Notes: a model not told the origin generated them from the sequence alone. Shown: positions 52,734 through 64,000, numbered from the stretch's first letter. The stretch is 64,000 nucleotides of DNA from an uncultured Methylomirabilota bacterium (GCA_963845565.1 CAWJSJ010000001.1:576001-640000); one strand, 5' to 3'. Translations and numbers: made by a program.

Positions 52734-53115
52734 TTGCCAGAGTGGCATTTTGCAATTCTGATGCTAAACTCTTCGATCGGAGGAACAAAACGGCGAGGTG
52801 TAGCCGGAAATCCAAGTCAATCTGGGCAATCGGTTGTTCGAAAGGTTCCCATCGGACCAGTCTGGTGTTCCGGTAAGCCGATGCGAAGATGACTGCCGGA
52901 ATTCAGTTTTGGGAATTTCTGTCTCAGACTTGCCCCATATTTCACAAGTACAAGCGTTCGCAAATACCGCAGGATGGGGGTCAAGGCGAACACGACGTCT
53001 CACGTGCGCCGGACGAGCCAATCGTGCTTGGCGAGCACCCACAAACCCCGGGGGATCTGGCGGCGAGTAGAGACCCGCGAATCCGGCGTCGGCCGGGAGG
53101 AGGGCAGAATTTTCC

Positions 53116-53144
53116 TTGACAAAGATCGTCGAAATCCCTATTGT
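53116..53144 (+). promoter_or_regulatory. sigma70 promoter of rplM-rpsI
   Basis: TTGACA-17 bp-TATTGT. Confidence 0.75.
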
Positions 53145-53203
53145 ACCCCGGTTCGTGGGGACATTGGGAGTCGTGGACCGTCACGGAAGGGATCGCGTGT
53201 GTC

Positions 53204-53635
53204 ATGAAGACCTATCAACCCAAGGCGGGTGAGATCGAACGTCGTTGGTTCCTCGTGGATGCGACGGGGCAAAACCTGGGACGATTGGCCGTACAGGTCG
53301 CCAACCTCCTTCACGGAAAAGGGAAGCCTTCCTTCGTCCCACACCTGGACGTCGGGGACTTCGTCGTCGTGATCAATGCGGAGAAGGTGGCGGTCACCGG
53401 GAAGAAGCTCACCCAAAAGACGTACTATCATCACTCGCAGCATCCGGGCGGCATCAAAGCTATTTCGCTCGGCAAGCTCTTGGACGAAGCGCCGGAGCGC
53501 GTGATCGAGAAGGCGGTGCGCGGCATGCTCCCCAAGACTAAGCTGGGCGACGCGCTCTTCTCGAAACTGAAGGTGTACGCAGGTGCCGTTCATCCCCATG
53601 CCGCACAGCAGCCGGTGGCGCTGGCGGTGCAGTAG
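53204..53635 (+). CDS. rplM: 50S ribosomal protein L13
   Basis: [31 protein letters not shown] and HPHAAQQP. Confidence 0.98.
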   Translation: MKTYQPKAGEIERRWFLVDATGQNLGRLAVQVANLLHGKGKPSFVPHLDVGDFVVVINAEKVAVTGKKLTQKTYYHHSQHPGGIKAISLGKLLDEAPERVIEKAVRGMLPKTKLGDALFSKLKVYAGAVHPHAAQQPVALAVQ

Positions 53636-53654
53636 ATCGAGGAGATAAGGTCGG

Positions 53655-54053
53655 ATGATGGAAGCCACGATTCGCTATTACGGTACGGGTCGCCGCAAGG
53701 CCTCCGTTGCTCGGGTGTGGTTGCAAGCGGGTGCGGGCAAGATCGAGGTGAACGAGCGCTCGATGGACGAATTTTTCCCGCGCCAGACCTTGCGAATGAT
53801 CCTTTCGCAGCCGCTGCGGGTGGCGGGGGTCGAAGGGAAGTACGACGTCATGGCGACTGTGATTGGCGGCGGGATCAGCGGCCAGGCGGGCGCCATTCGG
53901 CTGGGGATCGCCCGAGCGCTCCTCAAGCTGGATGTGGCCATGCGGTCCACCTTGAAGAAGGCGGGACTTCTGACCCGAGATCCGCGGGCCAAAGAACGAA
54001 AGAAGTACGGCCAGAAGGGGGCGCGGGCCCGGTTCCAGTTCTCCAAACGGTAG
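53655..54053 (+). CDS. rpsI: 30S ribosomal protein S9
   Basis: [14 protein letters not shown] ... [19 protein letters not shown]. Confidence 0.98.
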   Translation: MMEATIRYYGTGRRKASVARVWLQAGAGKIEVNERSMDEFFPRQTLRMILSQPLRVAGVEGKYDVMATVIGGGISGQAGAIRLGIARALLKLDVAMRSTLKKAGLLTRDPRAKERKKYGQKGARARFQFSKR

Positions 54054-54073
54054 CACCCGGTGCGGGAACGAAC

Positions 54074-54105
54074 AGGGAAGGGCCTTCGGGCCCTTCCCTT
54101 TTTTT
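54074..54105 (+). terminator. Rho-independent terminator after rpsI
   Basis: AGGGAAGGGCC-TTCG-GGCCCTTCCCT followed by a T-tract. Confidence 0.92.
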
Positions 54106-54187
54106 GTGTCCGCCGCCTCCGGTGGGACGCGCTGGTGCGGGGAGTGTGGCGCGGATGAGTTCTCTCGCCGAGGAAAGGGGTCAAGCC

Positions 54188-55252
54188 ATGACGATGCAGG
54201 GTGAGGCACGGGTGCGGCGGGTCGCCGTGGCCGGCGCCAGCGGATACACCGGGGTCGAATTGCTTCGCTTCCTGGTCCAGCACCCGGCCGTGCGACTGGT
54301 GGCGCTGACGGCGGAGACGCATGCCGGGCAACCCATCAGCCAAGTCTTCCCGAACCTCAAGGGATTCGTGGACCTTACCTGCCGTCCGCTGGACGCCGCC
54401 GCGCTGGCCACCGACGCGGAGTTCGTCTTTCTGGCGCTGCCACACAAAGCCTCGATGACGGTGGGCGCCGACCTGGTAAAACGCGGGGTCCGGGTCCTGG
54501 ATTTGAGTGCCGACTTTCGACTCAAAGAGGCGGCGGCCTACCCCACCTGGTACGGCTTCGAACACGCCGCGCCGACGCTTCTTCGCGAGGCGGTCTACGG
54601 GTTGCCCGAACTCCATCGAGACGCCATTGCGACGGCGCGACTGGTCGCGGTGCCGGGTTGCTATCCCACCAGCGCGATTCTGGGACTCTCCCCGCTCCTG
54701 GCGCATGGCCTCGTGGATGCGGAGACGATCGTCATCGATTCGATTTCCGGCGTCTCGGGCGCGGGGAGGAAGCCGGAGCTTCCCACGCATTTCTCGGAGG
54801 CGAACGAGAGCCTGAAGGCCTACGGCGTTGCCAAGCATCGGCACACGCCGGAAATCGAGCAGGAGCTTTCCGGCGTGGCCGGGCGTCCGGTCACGGTGAC
54901 CTTCACCCCGCATCTCGCGCCGTTGACGCGGGGAATCCTGACTACGATCACCGCCCGGTTGGCGCGACCGCTGACGACCGCCGACTTGCTGGCCGTGTGC
55001 CGTGCGTTCTATCAAGATCGGCCATTCGTCCGGGTCCTCGACGAGGGGCGACTCCCCGAGACCAAGCACGTCTTGCACTCCAACCTGTGCGACATCGGTG
55101 TGGTGGCGGATGCCCGCACGGGACGGGTCGTGGTGGTGTCGGCCATCGACAACCTGGCCAAGGGGGCCTCGGGCCAAGCGGTGCAGTGTTTCAATCTGAT
55201 GGCGGGACTCGACGAGCGCGCGGGGCTCTGGGTTCCAGGCCTGTTCCCCTGA
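54188..55252 (+). CDS. argC: N-acetyl-gamma-glutamyl-phosphate reductase
   Basis: GASGYTG, DLSADFRL, PGCYPT, SGVSGAGR, HRHTPEI and IDNLAKGASGQAVQ. Confidence 0.96.
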   Translation: MTMQGEARVRRVAVAGASGYTGVELLRFLVQHPAVRLVALTAETHAGQPISQVFPNLKGFVDLTCRPLDAAALATDAEFVFLALPHKASMTVGADLVKRGVRVLDLSADFRLKEAAAYPTWYGFEHAAPTLLREAVYGLPELHRDAIATARLVAVPGCYPTSAILGLSPLLAHGLVDAETIVIDSISGVSGAGRKPELPTHFSEANESLKAYGVAKHRHTPEIEQELSGVAGRPVTVTFTPHLAPLTRGILTTITARLARPLTTADLLAVCRAFYQDRPFVRVLDEGRLPETKHVLHSNLCDIGVVADARTGRVVVVSAIDNLAKGASGQAVQCFNLMAGLDERAGLWVPGLFP

Positions 55253-55317
55253 GCCGCCCGCCGGGGTGGGTTGAGGTCGAGCGCGCTCGGGCGACCGCGG
55301 CGCGGGAGGAGGGAATC

Positions 55318-56544
55318 ATGCGAGCTGGGACGGGCGCGTTGACGACGAAGCGGGGTGGGTTGTCCGGGGTGGCAGGCGTCCGGGCGGCGGGCGTGGCCTG
55401 CGGCCTGAAGAAGACGGGTCGGCCCGACCTGGCCTTGGTAGTGTCGGACCATCCGGCCGCGGTCGCGGCGACGTTCACCCTAAACCGGGTGCAGGCCGCC
55501 CCGGTCCTGGTCTCCAAGCGGCGCCTCCGGGGCGGTCGGTTCGCGGCCATCGTCCTGAACAGCGGCAACGCCAACGCCTGCACCGGACGACAGGGGATCC
55601 GGGATGCGGAAGAGACCGCCGCCGAGGTGGCCCACCTCTTGAGCCGGCCTGTCGGACAGGTGTTCGTGGCCTCGACGGGGGTGATAGGGCGGCCGCTGAA
55701 CATGGAGGCGGTTCGCGCCGGCGTCCGGGAGGCCGCGCGACGACTGAGCGCGAAGGGCGGCGCGCAGGCGGCGAGGGCGATTCTCACCACGGATACCGGG
55801 GCCAAGGAAACTGCGGTGGAGTTTAGCGTAGGGCGTCGGCGCGTGACTGTCGCCGGAATGGCGAAGGGGTCGGGGATGATCGCCCCCCACATGGCGACCA
55901 TGCTGGCCGTGATCGCCACGGATGCGGCCGTGGATCCCGGCACCTTGCAGCGCGCGTTAGGGGAGGCGGTGGCCGGGAGCTTCAACTGCATCACGGTGGA
56001 CGGGGACACCAGCACCAACGACATGGTCCTGTGCTTTGCCACTGGGGCGGCCGGGGCGCCTCCCCTCCGGCCTGGGACCTCGGCGCTTGGCACCTTCCGG
56101 TGCGCACTGGAGCAGGTATGCCTGACCCTGGCCAAGATGATCGCGCGGGACGGCGAAGGTGCCACCAAGTTGGCAGAGATCCGCATCCAGGGGGCGCGGT
56201 CGGTGCGGGAGGCCCGTCAAGCCGCCGAGGCGGTCGCCACCTCGCCGCTGGTCAAGACCACGCTGTTCGGACAGGACATCAACTGGGGCCGGGTGATGGC
56301 CGCCTTGGGTCGGTCGGGGGCCCGCTTCGACCCCGCGCGCGTGGATCTCTCCGTCGACGAGGTCCCGGTGGTGCGCCGGGGGCTCGGCCTGGGGCCGCGG
56401 GCCGAGGCGGCGGCGAACCGGCGGCTCCGCCGGCGGGAGTTCGGGCTGACCGTCGCGTTACACGCCGGGGCAGCGGCGGCGCGGCTCTGGACGACGGACC
56501 TGTCCGAGGCCTACGTTCGGATCAATGCCGGTTACCGGTCGTAA
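55318..56544 (+). CDS. argJ: Bifunctional ornithine acetyltransferase
   Basis: NSGNANACTG, STGVIG, KGSGMIAPHMATML, DGDTSTND and RDGEGATK. Confidence 0.96.
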   Translation: MRAGTGALTTKRGGLSGVAGVRAAGVACGLKKTGRPDLALVVSDHPAAVAATFTLNRVQAAPVLVSKRRLRGGRFAAIVLNSGNANACTGRQGIRDAEETAAEVAHLLSRPVGQVFVASTGVIGRPLNMEAVRAGVREAARRLSAKGGAQAARAILTTDTGAKETAVEFSVGRRRVTVAGMAKGSGMIAPHMATMLAVIATDAAVDPGTLQRALGEAVAGSFNCITVDGDTSTNDMVLCFATGAAGAPPLRPGTSALGTFRCALEQVCLTLAKMIARDGEGATKLAEIRIQGARSVREARQAAEAVATSPLVKTTLFGQDINWGRVMAALGRSGARFDPARVDLSVDEVPVVRRGLGLGPRAEAAANRRLRRREFGLTVALHAGAAAARLWTTDLSEAYVRINAGYRS

Positions 56545-56588
56545 CCCCTCGGGTCCCGTCGGAGATCGGGACGCCCGCGGGAAAGACC

Positions 56589-56618
56589 TTGCCGGTCTTG
56601 GCGCAGCTATGATATAAA
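56589..56618 (+). promoter_or_regulatory. Probable sigma70 promoter of rpsB
   Basis: TTGCCG-18 bp-TATAAA with a TGn extended -10. Confidence 0.45.
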
Positions 56619-56624
56619 ACACGA

Positions 56625-56753
56625 CGGCCTGCCGTTGCGGCAGGCCAAATTCACACGCGCGCGGATCCCCGCGGGGGTGTCCGTCCGGGAGGATGGATTC
56701 CGTAGGGGCGCGAGGCGCGCGGCGGATTAACCGACGAGACGAGGAGGCGAGAG
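56625..56753 (+). ncRNA. rpsB 5' leader, probable S2 autoregulatory structure
   Basis: Structured leader with CACAC...GGGUG...UAACC motifs recalled from rpsB leaders; hairpin GGCCTGCCG/CGGCAGGCC. Confidence 0.5.
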
Positions 56754-57544
56754 ATGAGTGCAGTGACGATCAAGGACCTGCTGGAAGCGGGCGTGCACTT
56801 CGGGCATCAGACGAAACGCTGGAACCCGAAGATGAAGAAGTTCCTGTTCGGCGAACGGAACGGGATCTACATCATCGACCTCCAGAAGACGCTGAAGCGG
56901 TTCGAGGAGGCGCAGCGTTTCGTGCACGACCTGGCGGCGCGGGGCGGTACGGTTCTCTTTGTGGGGACGAAGAAGCAGGCGGTGGACACCATCCAAGAGG
57001 AAGCCCTGCGGGCGGGGATGTACTTTGTCAATCGCCGATGGCTGGGCGGCACGTTGACGAATTTCCAGACCATCACCAAGAGCATCTCGCGACTCAAGCA
57101 GTTGGAGGACATGAAGGCGACCGGCAAGTTCGAGGCCTTCTCGAAGAAGGAGGTCCTCAAAATGCAGCGCGAGTTGGACAAGCTCAACAATGCACTGCTG
57201 GGCATCAAGCGCATGGAGCAGATACCGGGCGCCGTGTACGTCATCGATCCGAAGAAGGAGCGCATCGCGGTCCAGGAGGCGCGGCGCCTGGGTGTCGCGG
57301 TGATCGGATTGGTGGACACGAACTGCGACCCGGACGAGGTGGATTTCCCGATTCCGGGGAACGACGACGCCATTCGCTCCGTGCGCCTGATCACGGCGGG
57401 GCTGGCCGATGCCATCGTGGAAGGGCGGGGCGAGGGCGCCAAGTCCGGCATGACGGATGTCGAGGCCGAGATGGCAGGTGGTGCCGCGCCGGCCTCGGGC
57501 GCGGAGGCGGCCCCCGGAGAGATCGGCAGACAGAAGGAGATGGC

Positions 57545-57548
<4 letters not shown>
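56754..57548 (+). CDS. rpsB: 30S ribosomal protein S2
   Basis: [19 protein letters not shown] and PGNDDAIRS. Confidence 0.98.
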
Positions 57549-58453
<905 letters not shown>

Positions 58454-58507
58454 AGGGGTCGCAGACGATCGAGCACGGGGGGACGGACGCGTAGAGCGGC
58501 GAGGCCT

Positions 58508-59227
58508 ATGGCAGTCCTGGTGTACAAGCGGATCCTGTTGAAGATCAGCGGCGAAGCCCTGGCGGGGGGACAGGACTACGGTCTCAGCACCGCGGTGATC
58601 GATTTCATTGCGGGGGAGGTTAAGACCGTTCACGCGCTGGGGGTCCAGATCGCCATGGTGGTGGGCGGTGGGAATATCTTCCGCGGCGTGGAGGGCAGCG
58701 CGCGGGGGATGGACCGGGCGTCCGCGGACTACATGGGGATGCTGGCGACGGTGATCAACGGTCTGGCCCTGCAGGCCGGCCTGGAGAAAGCGGGGGTCGA
58801 TACGCGCGTCCAGACCGCCATCGAGATGCGCGAGGTGGCGGAGCCGTTCATCCGTCGGCGGGCCCTGCGTCACCTGGAAAAAGGGCGGGTGGTGATCTTC
58901 GCGGGCGGGACCGGCAACCCCTACTTCACCACGGACACCACCGCGGCGCTGCGCGCCATGGAAATAGGCGCAGACGTGGTTTTCAAGGCGACCAAGGTGG
59001 ACGGCGTGTACACGGCGGACCCCAAGACGGATCCGACGGCGACGAAGTTCGACGAGTTGACCTACCTCGAGGTCTTGAGCCGGCGCCTGAAGGTCATGGA
59101 TTCCACCGCCATTTCCCTGTGCATGGACAATCGGTTCCCGATCGTGGTGTTCAATCTGCACGAGCGGGGCCGGCTCCAGCAACTGGTGCACGGGGAACGG
59201 GTCGGCACTCTGGTCAGGGGAGGCTGA
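58508..59227 (+). CDS. pyrH: UMP kinase
   Basis: [21 protein letters not shown] and [11 protein letters not shown]. Confidence 0.98.
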   Translation: MAVLVYKRILLKISGEALAGGQDYGLSTAVIDFIAGEVKTVHALGVQIAMVVGGGNIFRGVEGSARGMDRASADYMGMLATVINGLALQAGLEKAGVDTRVQTAIEMREVAEPFIRRRALRHLEKGRVVIFAGGTGNPYFTTDTTAALRAMEIGADVVFKATKVDGVYTADPKTDPTATKFDELTYLEVLSRRLKVMDSTAISLCMDNRFPIVVFNLHERGRLQQLVHGERVGTLVRGG

Positions 59228-59233
59228 GCGATC

Positions 59234-59788
59234 ATGCAGACCGTCGTACGCAAGGCCGAACAGGACATGAAGCGGGTCATCGACGCCACGCTGAAGAACT
59301 TCAACGGGGTCCGTACGGGCCGCGCCTCCGTCGCGCTGGTCGAAGGAATTCATGTCGACTATCACGGGACGATGACGCCGCTCAACCAGTTGGCCAGTTT
59401 GGCGGTTCCGGAACGCCGGCTGGTCACCATACAACCCTGGGATCCCTCGGCAGTCCAGGCCATCGAGAAGGCCATCCTCAAATCGGATCTCGGCATCACG
59501 CCGGCCAGCGACGGCAAGATCATCCGATTGGCGATCCCCACCTTGACCGAAGAACGCCGGAAGGAACTGGTCAAGGTCGTTCACAAGATGGCCGAGGAGG
59601 GACGCGTCATCATCCGGAACCACCGCCGGGATGCCAACGACGCGCTGAAGAAGATGGAGAAGGCGAAGCAGATCTCGGAAGACGACGTGCGCAAGGGTGC
59701 CGAGCAGATTCAGGATCTCACCAACAAGATGATCAAGGGCCTGGACGAACTCCTGACCAAGAAGGAAAAGGAGATCATGGAGTTCTAG
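59234..59788 (+). CDS. frr: Ribosome recycling factor
   Basis: VRTGRAS, LTEERRKELVK, IRNHRRDAN and KEKEIMEF. Confidence 0.98.
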   Translation: MQTVVRKAEQDMKRVIDATLKNFNGVRTGRASVALVEGIHVDYHGTMTPLNQLASLAVPERRLVTIQPWDPSAVQAIEKAILKSDLGITPASDGKIIRLAIPTLTEERRKELVKVVHKMAEEGRVIIRNHRRDANDALKKMEKAKQISEDDVRKGAEQIQDLTNKMIKGLDELLTKKEKEIMEF

Positions 59789-59821
59789 TCCATCCGGCCG
59801 CATCCGGGGGACGAGCCGATA

Positions 59822-60616
59822 ATGCATCGCCTGCGGATTGTGAGCGCGCTGGTCCTCGTCCTCCCGTTCCTCCTCGTCGTCCAGTTCGGCTCGCCCATTT
59901 CCCTCCACCTGCTCGTGTCGGTGGCCATCCTGCTGTGCGCCTGGGAGTTCGCGTGGCTCTGTCCCGGCGGTGGGAATGCCGGGATGGCGATCCTCACCGT
60001 CGTCGGGGCGTTGGCGTGGCAGTGGCTCATGGTGTGGGGGCTGCCGCCCACGATCATCGCGCCCCTGGCGGCGGCCGCCATGCTGGTCCGAGTCCTGGTG
60101 ACTGGGGAGGAACTTCGGGCCGGGGTGATCCGTGCCGCCTGGACCGTGCTTGGTGTGGCCTTTGTCGGCGGCCTCTTCACGTACGGCGCGTTGTTGCGGA
60201 ATCAGGGGGATGGCCGTCAGTTGATCTATTTCTTGACGTGTACGACCTGGGCCGGGGACATCGGGGCGTACTATGTCGGATCGCGGCTCGGGCGGCGTCC
60301 CCTGGCCCCCCATATCAGCCCCAAGAAGACGATCGAGGGGGCACTGGGTGGCATCGCCGCTCCGGTGCTGGTGGCAGTGGTGTGTCAGCCTTGGATCTGG
60401 CCCGCTGTGGCCGTGGGGACGGCGCTCTGGGTCGGCGGTGTGCTGGCAGCGGTTGGGATGCTCGGAGACCTGGCGGAATCGGCGATCAAGCGCGCCGCCG
60501 GCGTGAAGGATAGCGGACGCCTCATCCCCGGTCACGGCGGCGTCCTGGATCGCCTGGATAGCCTCTTCTTTGCGGGGCCCACATTGTACGCGCTGCGATG
60601 GCTGGGTTGGGTGTGA
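59822..60616 (+). CDS. cdsA: Phosphatidate cytidylyltransferase
   Basis: ISPKKTIEG and GDLAESAIKRAAGVKDSGRLIPGHGGVLDRLDS. Confidence 0.95.
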   Translation: MHRLRIVSALVLVLPFLLVVQFGSPISLHLLVSVAILLCAWEFAWLCPGGGNAGMAILTVVGALAWQWLMVWGLPPTIIAPLAAAAMLVRVLVTGEELRAGVIRAAWTVLGVAFVGGLFTYGALLRNQGDGRQLIYFLTCTTWAGDIGAYYVGSRLGRRPLAPHISPKKTIEGALGGIAAPVLVAVVCQPWIWPAVAVGTALWVGGVLAAVGMLGDLAESAIKRAAGVKDSGRLIPGHGGVLDRLDSLFFAGPTLYALRWLGWV

Positions 60617-62199
60617 CCGAGGCAACCGGACACGCGCGCATGGCGTGGGAGCGCAGCCGGAGAAGCCTCCTGGCGGTGTCGAGCGGCCTCCTCTGTGCCG
60701 CCGCGTTTCCGCCCTGGGATGTGGGGCCGTTGGCCTTCGTCGGCCTGGCGCCCCTGTTGGTCGCGGTGGGCGAGGTGTCCCCGCAACGAGCGGCGGGCCT
60801 GGGCTACGTGTCCGGGCTCAGCTTTTACCTGGCGGCGATTTGGTGGGTCATCAATACGATGACCACCTTCGGCGGGATGTCGCTGGCCCTGAGTCTGATC
60901 GCGTTAGGACTCCTGGCCGGCGTCCTGGCGGGCTACACCGGAGTATTCTCCTGGGTGTACGCCCTGGGCGCCCCGTCTCTGCCGCCGGCGCTGCGCCCCG
61001 CCGCCGCGGCGGTGCTGTGGACCGCGTTCGAATTCCTCCGCAGCGTTCTGTTCTCCGGCTTCCCGTGGGTCCTGTTGGGATACACGCAGTACCAGCAACC
61101 TGGACTTCGCTTGCTCGCGGCGCTCACGGGGGTGTACGGTATTTCGGCAGTGCTGGTCTTGGTGAATGCGACGGTCGCCGAGACGGTCGGCTGGTGGACG
61201 CGCCGCGCCGCGGGGACCGTGCGACCTCGAGATCTCGTGCTCGCGTGGGGACTCGGCGCGGTAACGCTCGCCGGCGCCTGGGGGTATGGCGCCGTATGGT
61301 GGCGCGACCTGACGGGCGGCCCGGCCGTCGGGGTGGGGCTCCTGCAGGGAAACATCGACCAGGCGATAAAGTGGGATCGAGCCCACCAGGCGCGCACGCT
61401 GGACACCTACGAGCGCTTGGCGCGGCAGGCGGCGAAAACGAGGCCGTCGCTGATCGTGTGGCCCGAGACCGCGGTCCCCTTTTTCCTGCGACGCGAGCCC
61501 GAACTCGGGGCGCAGGTTCGGTCCGTGGCCGTGGCGACGGGCGTTCCGATGCTGGTGGGAAGTCCGGACCTGGGTGCGGACGGGCTCCTCTATAACAGCG
61601 CGTTCCTCATCGATCGGGACGGCCGACTCGCGGGACGGTACGATAAGCGGCACCTCGTCCCCTTCGGGGAGTACGTGCCGCTCCAGCGTGTCTTCTTTTT
61701 TCTGAACAAACTCGTCACGGGGATCGGCGATTTCGGGCGGGGGCAAACGGCCACGGTGTTTGCCGACGGGTTCGGCCGATTCTCGGTCATGATCTGCTAC
61801 GAAGTCATCTTCCCCGGCGAGGTGCGGGAGTTCACCCAAGCGGGCGCCCAACTCCTGGTCAACATCACCAACGATGCCTGGTTCGGGCGGAGCGGGGCGC
61901 CCTACCAACACCTGGCGATGGCGGCCATCCGGGCGGTCGAGAACGGCAGCTACCTGATTCGGGCTGCCAACACCGGCGTGACCGCTATCATCGCCCCGAC
62001 CGGAGAGATCCTGCGTCAGACGCCGATCTTCACCGAAGCGGTCCTGACCGGGACGGTCCGCCTGCGACAGGGGCACACTCCCTACGCACGATATGGTGAT
62101 GTCGTGGCGTGGGGTAGTCTGGTATTCTTAGTACCATACGGTCTGATTGTGTGGAGGGCCCGCCGACGCGGCGGCGTCCTCACGGCGCCAGTGGGGTAA
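60613..62199 (+). CDS. lnt: Apolipoprotein N-acyltransferase (start 60613 or 60640)
   Basis: FPWVLLGY, QGNI, WPETA, YDKRHLVPFGEY, ICYE, TNDAWF and RAANTG. Confidence 0.95.
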   Translation: MTEATGHARMAWERSRRSLLAVSSGLLCAAAFPPWDVGPLAFVGLAPLLVAVGEVSPQRAAGLGYVSGLSFYLAAIWWVINTMTTFGGMSLALSLIALGLLAGVLAGYTGVFSWVYALGAPSLPPALRPAAAAVLWTAFEFLRSVLFSGFPWVLLGYTQYQQPGLRLLAALTGVYGISAVLVLVNATVAETVGWWTRRAAGTVRPRDLVLAWGLGAVTLAGAWGYGAVWWRDLTGGPAVGVGLLQGNIDQAIKWDRAHQARTLDTYERLARQAAKTRPSLIVWPETAVPFFLRREPELGAQVRSVAVATGVPMLVGSPDLGADGLLYNSAFLIDRDGRLAGRYDKRHLVPFGEYVPLQRVFFFLNKLVTGIGDFGRGQTATVFADGFGRFSVMICYEVIFPGEVREFTQAGAQLLVNITNDAWFGRSGAPYQHLAMAAIRAVENGSYLIRAANTGVTAIIAPTGEILRQTPIFTEAVLTGTVRLRQGHTPYARYGDVVAWGSLVFLVPYGLIVWRARRRGGVLTAPVG

Positions 62200-62210
62200 G
62201 GGAGGCACGG

Positions 62211-63351
62211 ATGATTCCCGATCTGGAGCGGACCCTCGACGAAGTAAATCGGAAGCTCGGCCAGTTGCGGGTGTTTCTTTGACGTTCCAGGAAAGCTGGC
62301 CAGGCTGGGAATCCTGGAGGCCCAGACGGCCGCCCCGGAATTCTGGGGTGACCCCGACAAGGCGCAAGCGGTCCTGAAGGAGCAGAGCGCCCTGCGGCAG
62401 ACGCTCGACCAGCACGCGGCGCTGGTCAAGGCCGCGGAAGAGCAGCGCCTCCTCCTCGAGATGGCCGTCGAAGAAGAGGATACGGCGACGCTCGGCGAAG
62501 TGGAGGTGGGACTTGCGGACCTGGGCAAACGGTTGCGGGGCCTGGAACTCCAGAGCGCGCTCTCGGGCGAGTACGACGGTGGGAACGCGATCTTGAGCAT
62601 CAACGCGGGCGCCGGCGGGACCGAGTCGCAGGACTGGGCGCAGATGCTCCTGCGCATGTATCTGCGCTGGGCAGAGCGGAAGCGGTTCCGGGCCGACGTC
62701 ATTGATATGCTCGCCGGCGACGATGCGGGGGTCAAGAACGTCACCGTCACCGTCGAGGGGGCCCATGCCTACGGCCTGCTGCACGCGGAAAGCGGTGTGC
62801 ACCGGCTGGTGCGGATCTCCCCCTTTGATGCCAACAAGCGGCGACACACGTCGTTTGCCTCGGTGTTCGTCTATCCGGATATTCCCGATGACATCGACGT
62901 CAAGATCGAGGACAAAGATCTGCGGATCGACGTGTATCGCTCGACGGGCCCCGGCGGGCAGAGTGTGAACACCACGGACTCGGCCGTCCGGATCACCCAT
63001 CTGCCTACGGGCATGGTGGTGACCTGCCAGGACGAGAAGTCCCAGCACAAGAACAAGGCGAAGGCGATGAAGGTGCTGCGCGGGCGACTGTATGATCACT
63101 ACAAGCGGGAGCGGGACGAGGAGTTGTCGAAGCTGGACGGGACGAAGCAGGCCATCGCCTGGGGTAGTCAGATCCGCTCCTACGTCCTGGCGCCGTACCA
63201 ATTGGTCAAGGATCACCGGACCGGCGAGGAGACCGGTAACGTCAGCGCGGTTCTCGATGGGGATGTGGACCGATTCATCGAAGCCTTCCTCTTCAAACCC
63301 CCGGACGTCAAGGCGGCGACGCCGCCGAGCAAGGAGGCCGACGATGTCTGA
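62211..63351 (+). CDS. prfB: Peptide chain release factor 2 with programmed +1 frameshift (CTT TGA C at 62277-62283)
   Basis: MIPDLERTLDEVNRKLGQLRVFL-TGA; the +1 frame continues DVPGK... to the SPF and GGQ motifs. Confidence 0.96.
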
Positions 63352-63586
63352 GCAGGACCTTCAGGCCGAATTGGAGCGATTGAAGGCCGAGAACGAAGCG
63401 CTGAAGGCGAAGACGACGCGTGCAACGTCAATCCGGGTGAGCGAGAAGGGGGGCGTGTCGGTGTACGGCCTGGGGCGGTTCCCCGTGACGCTGTACAAGG
63501 AGCAGTGGTTGAAACTGCTCGAGATGGCGGAGGAGATCCGCCGGTTCATCGCGGAGAACGACGCGAGGCTCAAGACCAAGGGATGA
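63344..63586 (+). CDS. Small hypothetical protein (80 aa): coiled coil plus SEKGGVSVYGLGRFPVTLYKEQW
   Basis: AAGGAGG RBS; start overlaps the end of prfB. Confidence 0.8.
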   Translation: MSEQDLQAELERLKAENEALKAKTTRATSIRVSEKGGVSVYGLGRFPVTLYKEQWLKLLEMAEEIRRFIAENDARLKTKG

Positions 63587-63641
63587 TCTCCCCGGTCCCG
63601 GTGACGGCTCTGCCGCGAGCGGGGTCGTCGCCGGCGCCGGC

Positions 63642-63670
63642 TTGACACCCCGCGTGGCCCTCCTTATAAT
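63642..63670 (+). promoter_or_regulatory. Consensus sigma70 promoter of lysS
   Basis: TTGACA-17 bp-TATAAT. Confidence 0.85.
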
Positions 63671-63700
63671 CGCGCACTTCACACCGATATCGGAGGCAGT

Positions 63701-64000
63701 GTGGACGACGTTACCCCGTTCATGCGCGAGCGGCTCGCGAAGCTCGACGAGTTGTCTCGCGAAGGCATCGATCCCTTCCCGAGCATCTTCCCCGTCAGTC
63801 ATCCGCTTGGCGAATTGACCGACGCCTATGGTCCGGCCGATGACGCGGCGCTGACGGGTGCGCCGGCCGTGGCGGTGGCGGGTCGCATTGTGTCGCTGCG
63901 GGGGCACGGGAAAGCCTCGTTCGCCCATCTCCAGGATCGGACAGGCCGGATCCAGATCTACGTGCGGTTGGACGGCGTGGGGGAAATGGCATACCGGCTC
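63701..64000 (+). CDS. lysS: Lysine--tRNA ligase (class II), N-terminus; runs off the window
   Basis: GTG after GGAGG; ERLAKLDELSREGIDPFP...VAGRIVSLRGHGKASFAHLQDRTGRIQIYVR. Confidence 0.93.
   Translation, partial: MDDVTPFMRERLAKLDELSREGIDPFPSIFPVSHPLGELTDAYGPADDAALTGAPAVAVAGRIVSLRGHGKASFAHLQDRTGRIQIYVRLDGVGEMAYRL

Overview
High-GC bacterial chromosomal window in three parts. (1) About 1-17.4 kb is a patchwork accessory region: RND efflux pair, alkyl sulfatase, META protein, DUF1269, AbgT transporter plus M20 peptidase, glycine-zipper protein, patatin and alpha/beta-hydrolase lipoproteins, MarC and an amidohydrolase. It has many single-base frameshifts (probably read errors), orphan 3' gene fragments and a 383-bp direct repeat. 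(2) About 17.5-52.6 kb is a hydrogen-metabolism island with three different [NiFe]-hydrogenases, each with its own maturation protease: hdrCBA-mvhDGA (group 3c), hoxEFUYHW (group 3d) and a Hyc-type membrane-bound group 4 enzyme. It also holds hypAB, tex, an RNA methyltransferase, an aminotransferase, ettA, rubredoxin-fprA and a probable sigma28-dependent gene. The most unusual system is the input module of the group 4 enzyme: an FdhF-like protein lacking the Mo-ligating Cys/Sec, the His and the Arg, plus an AsrA/AsrB (HydB/HydG, FlxB/FlxA)-like NAD(P)H module, apparently co-operonic with hox. (3) 53.2-64 kb is housekeeping: rplM-rpsI-argC-argJ-rpsB-tsf-pyrH-frr-cdsA-lnt-prfB (+1 frameshift)-small ORF-lysS (partial). 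Three families of small intergenic palindromic or MITE-like repeats occur, often abutting stop codons. No rRNA, tRNA, CRISPR, integrase or transposase was seen. All assignments come from motif recognition by eye; no database searches were run.
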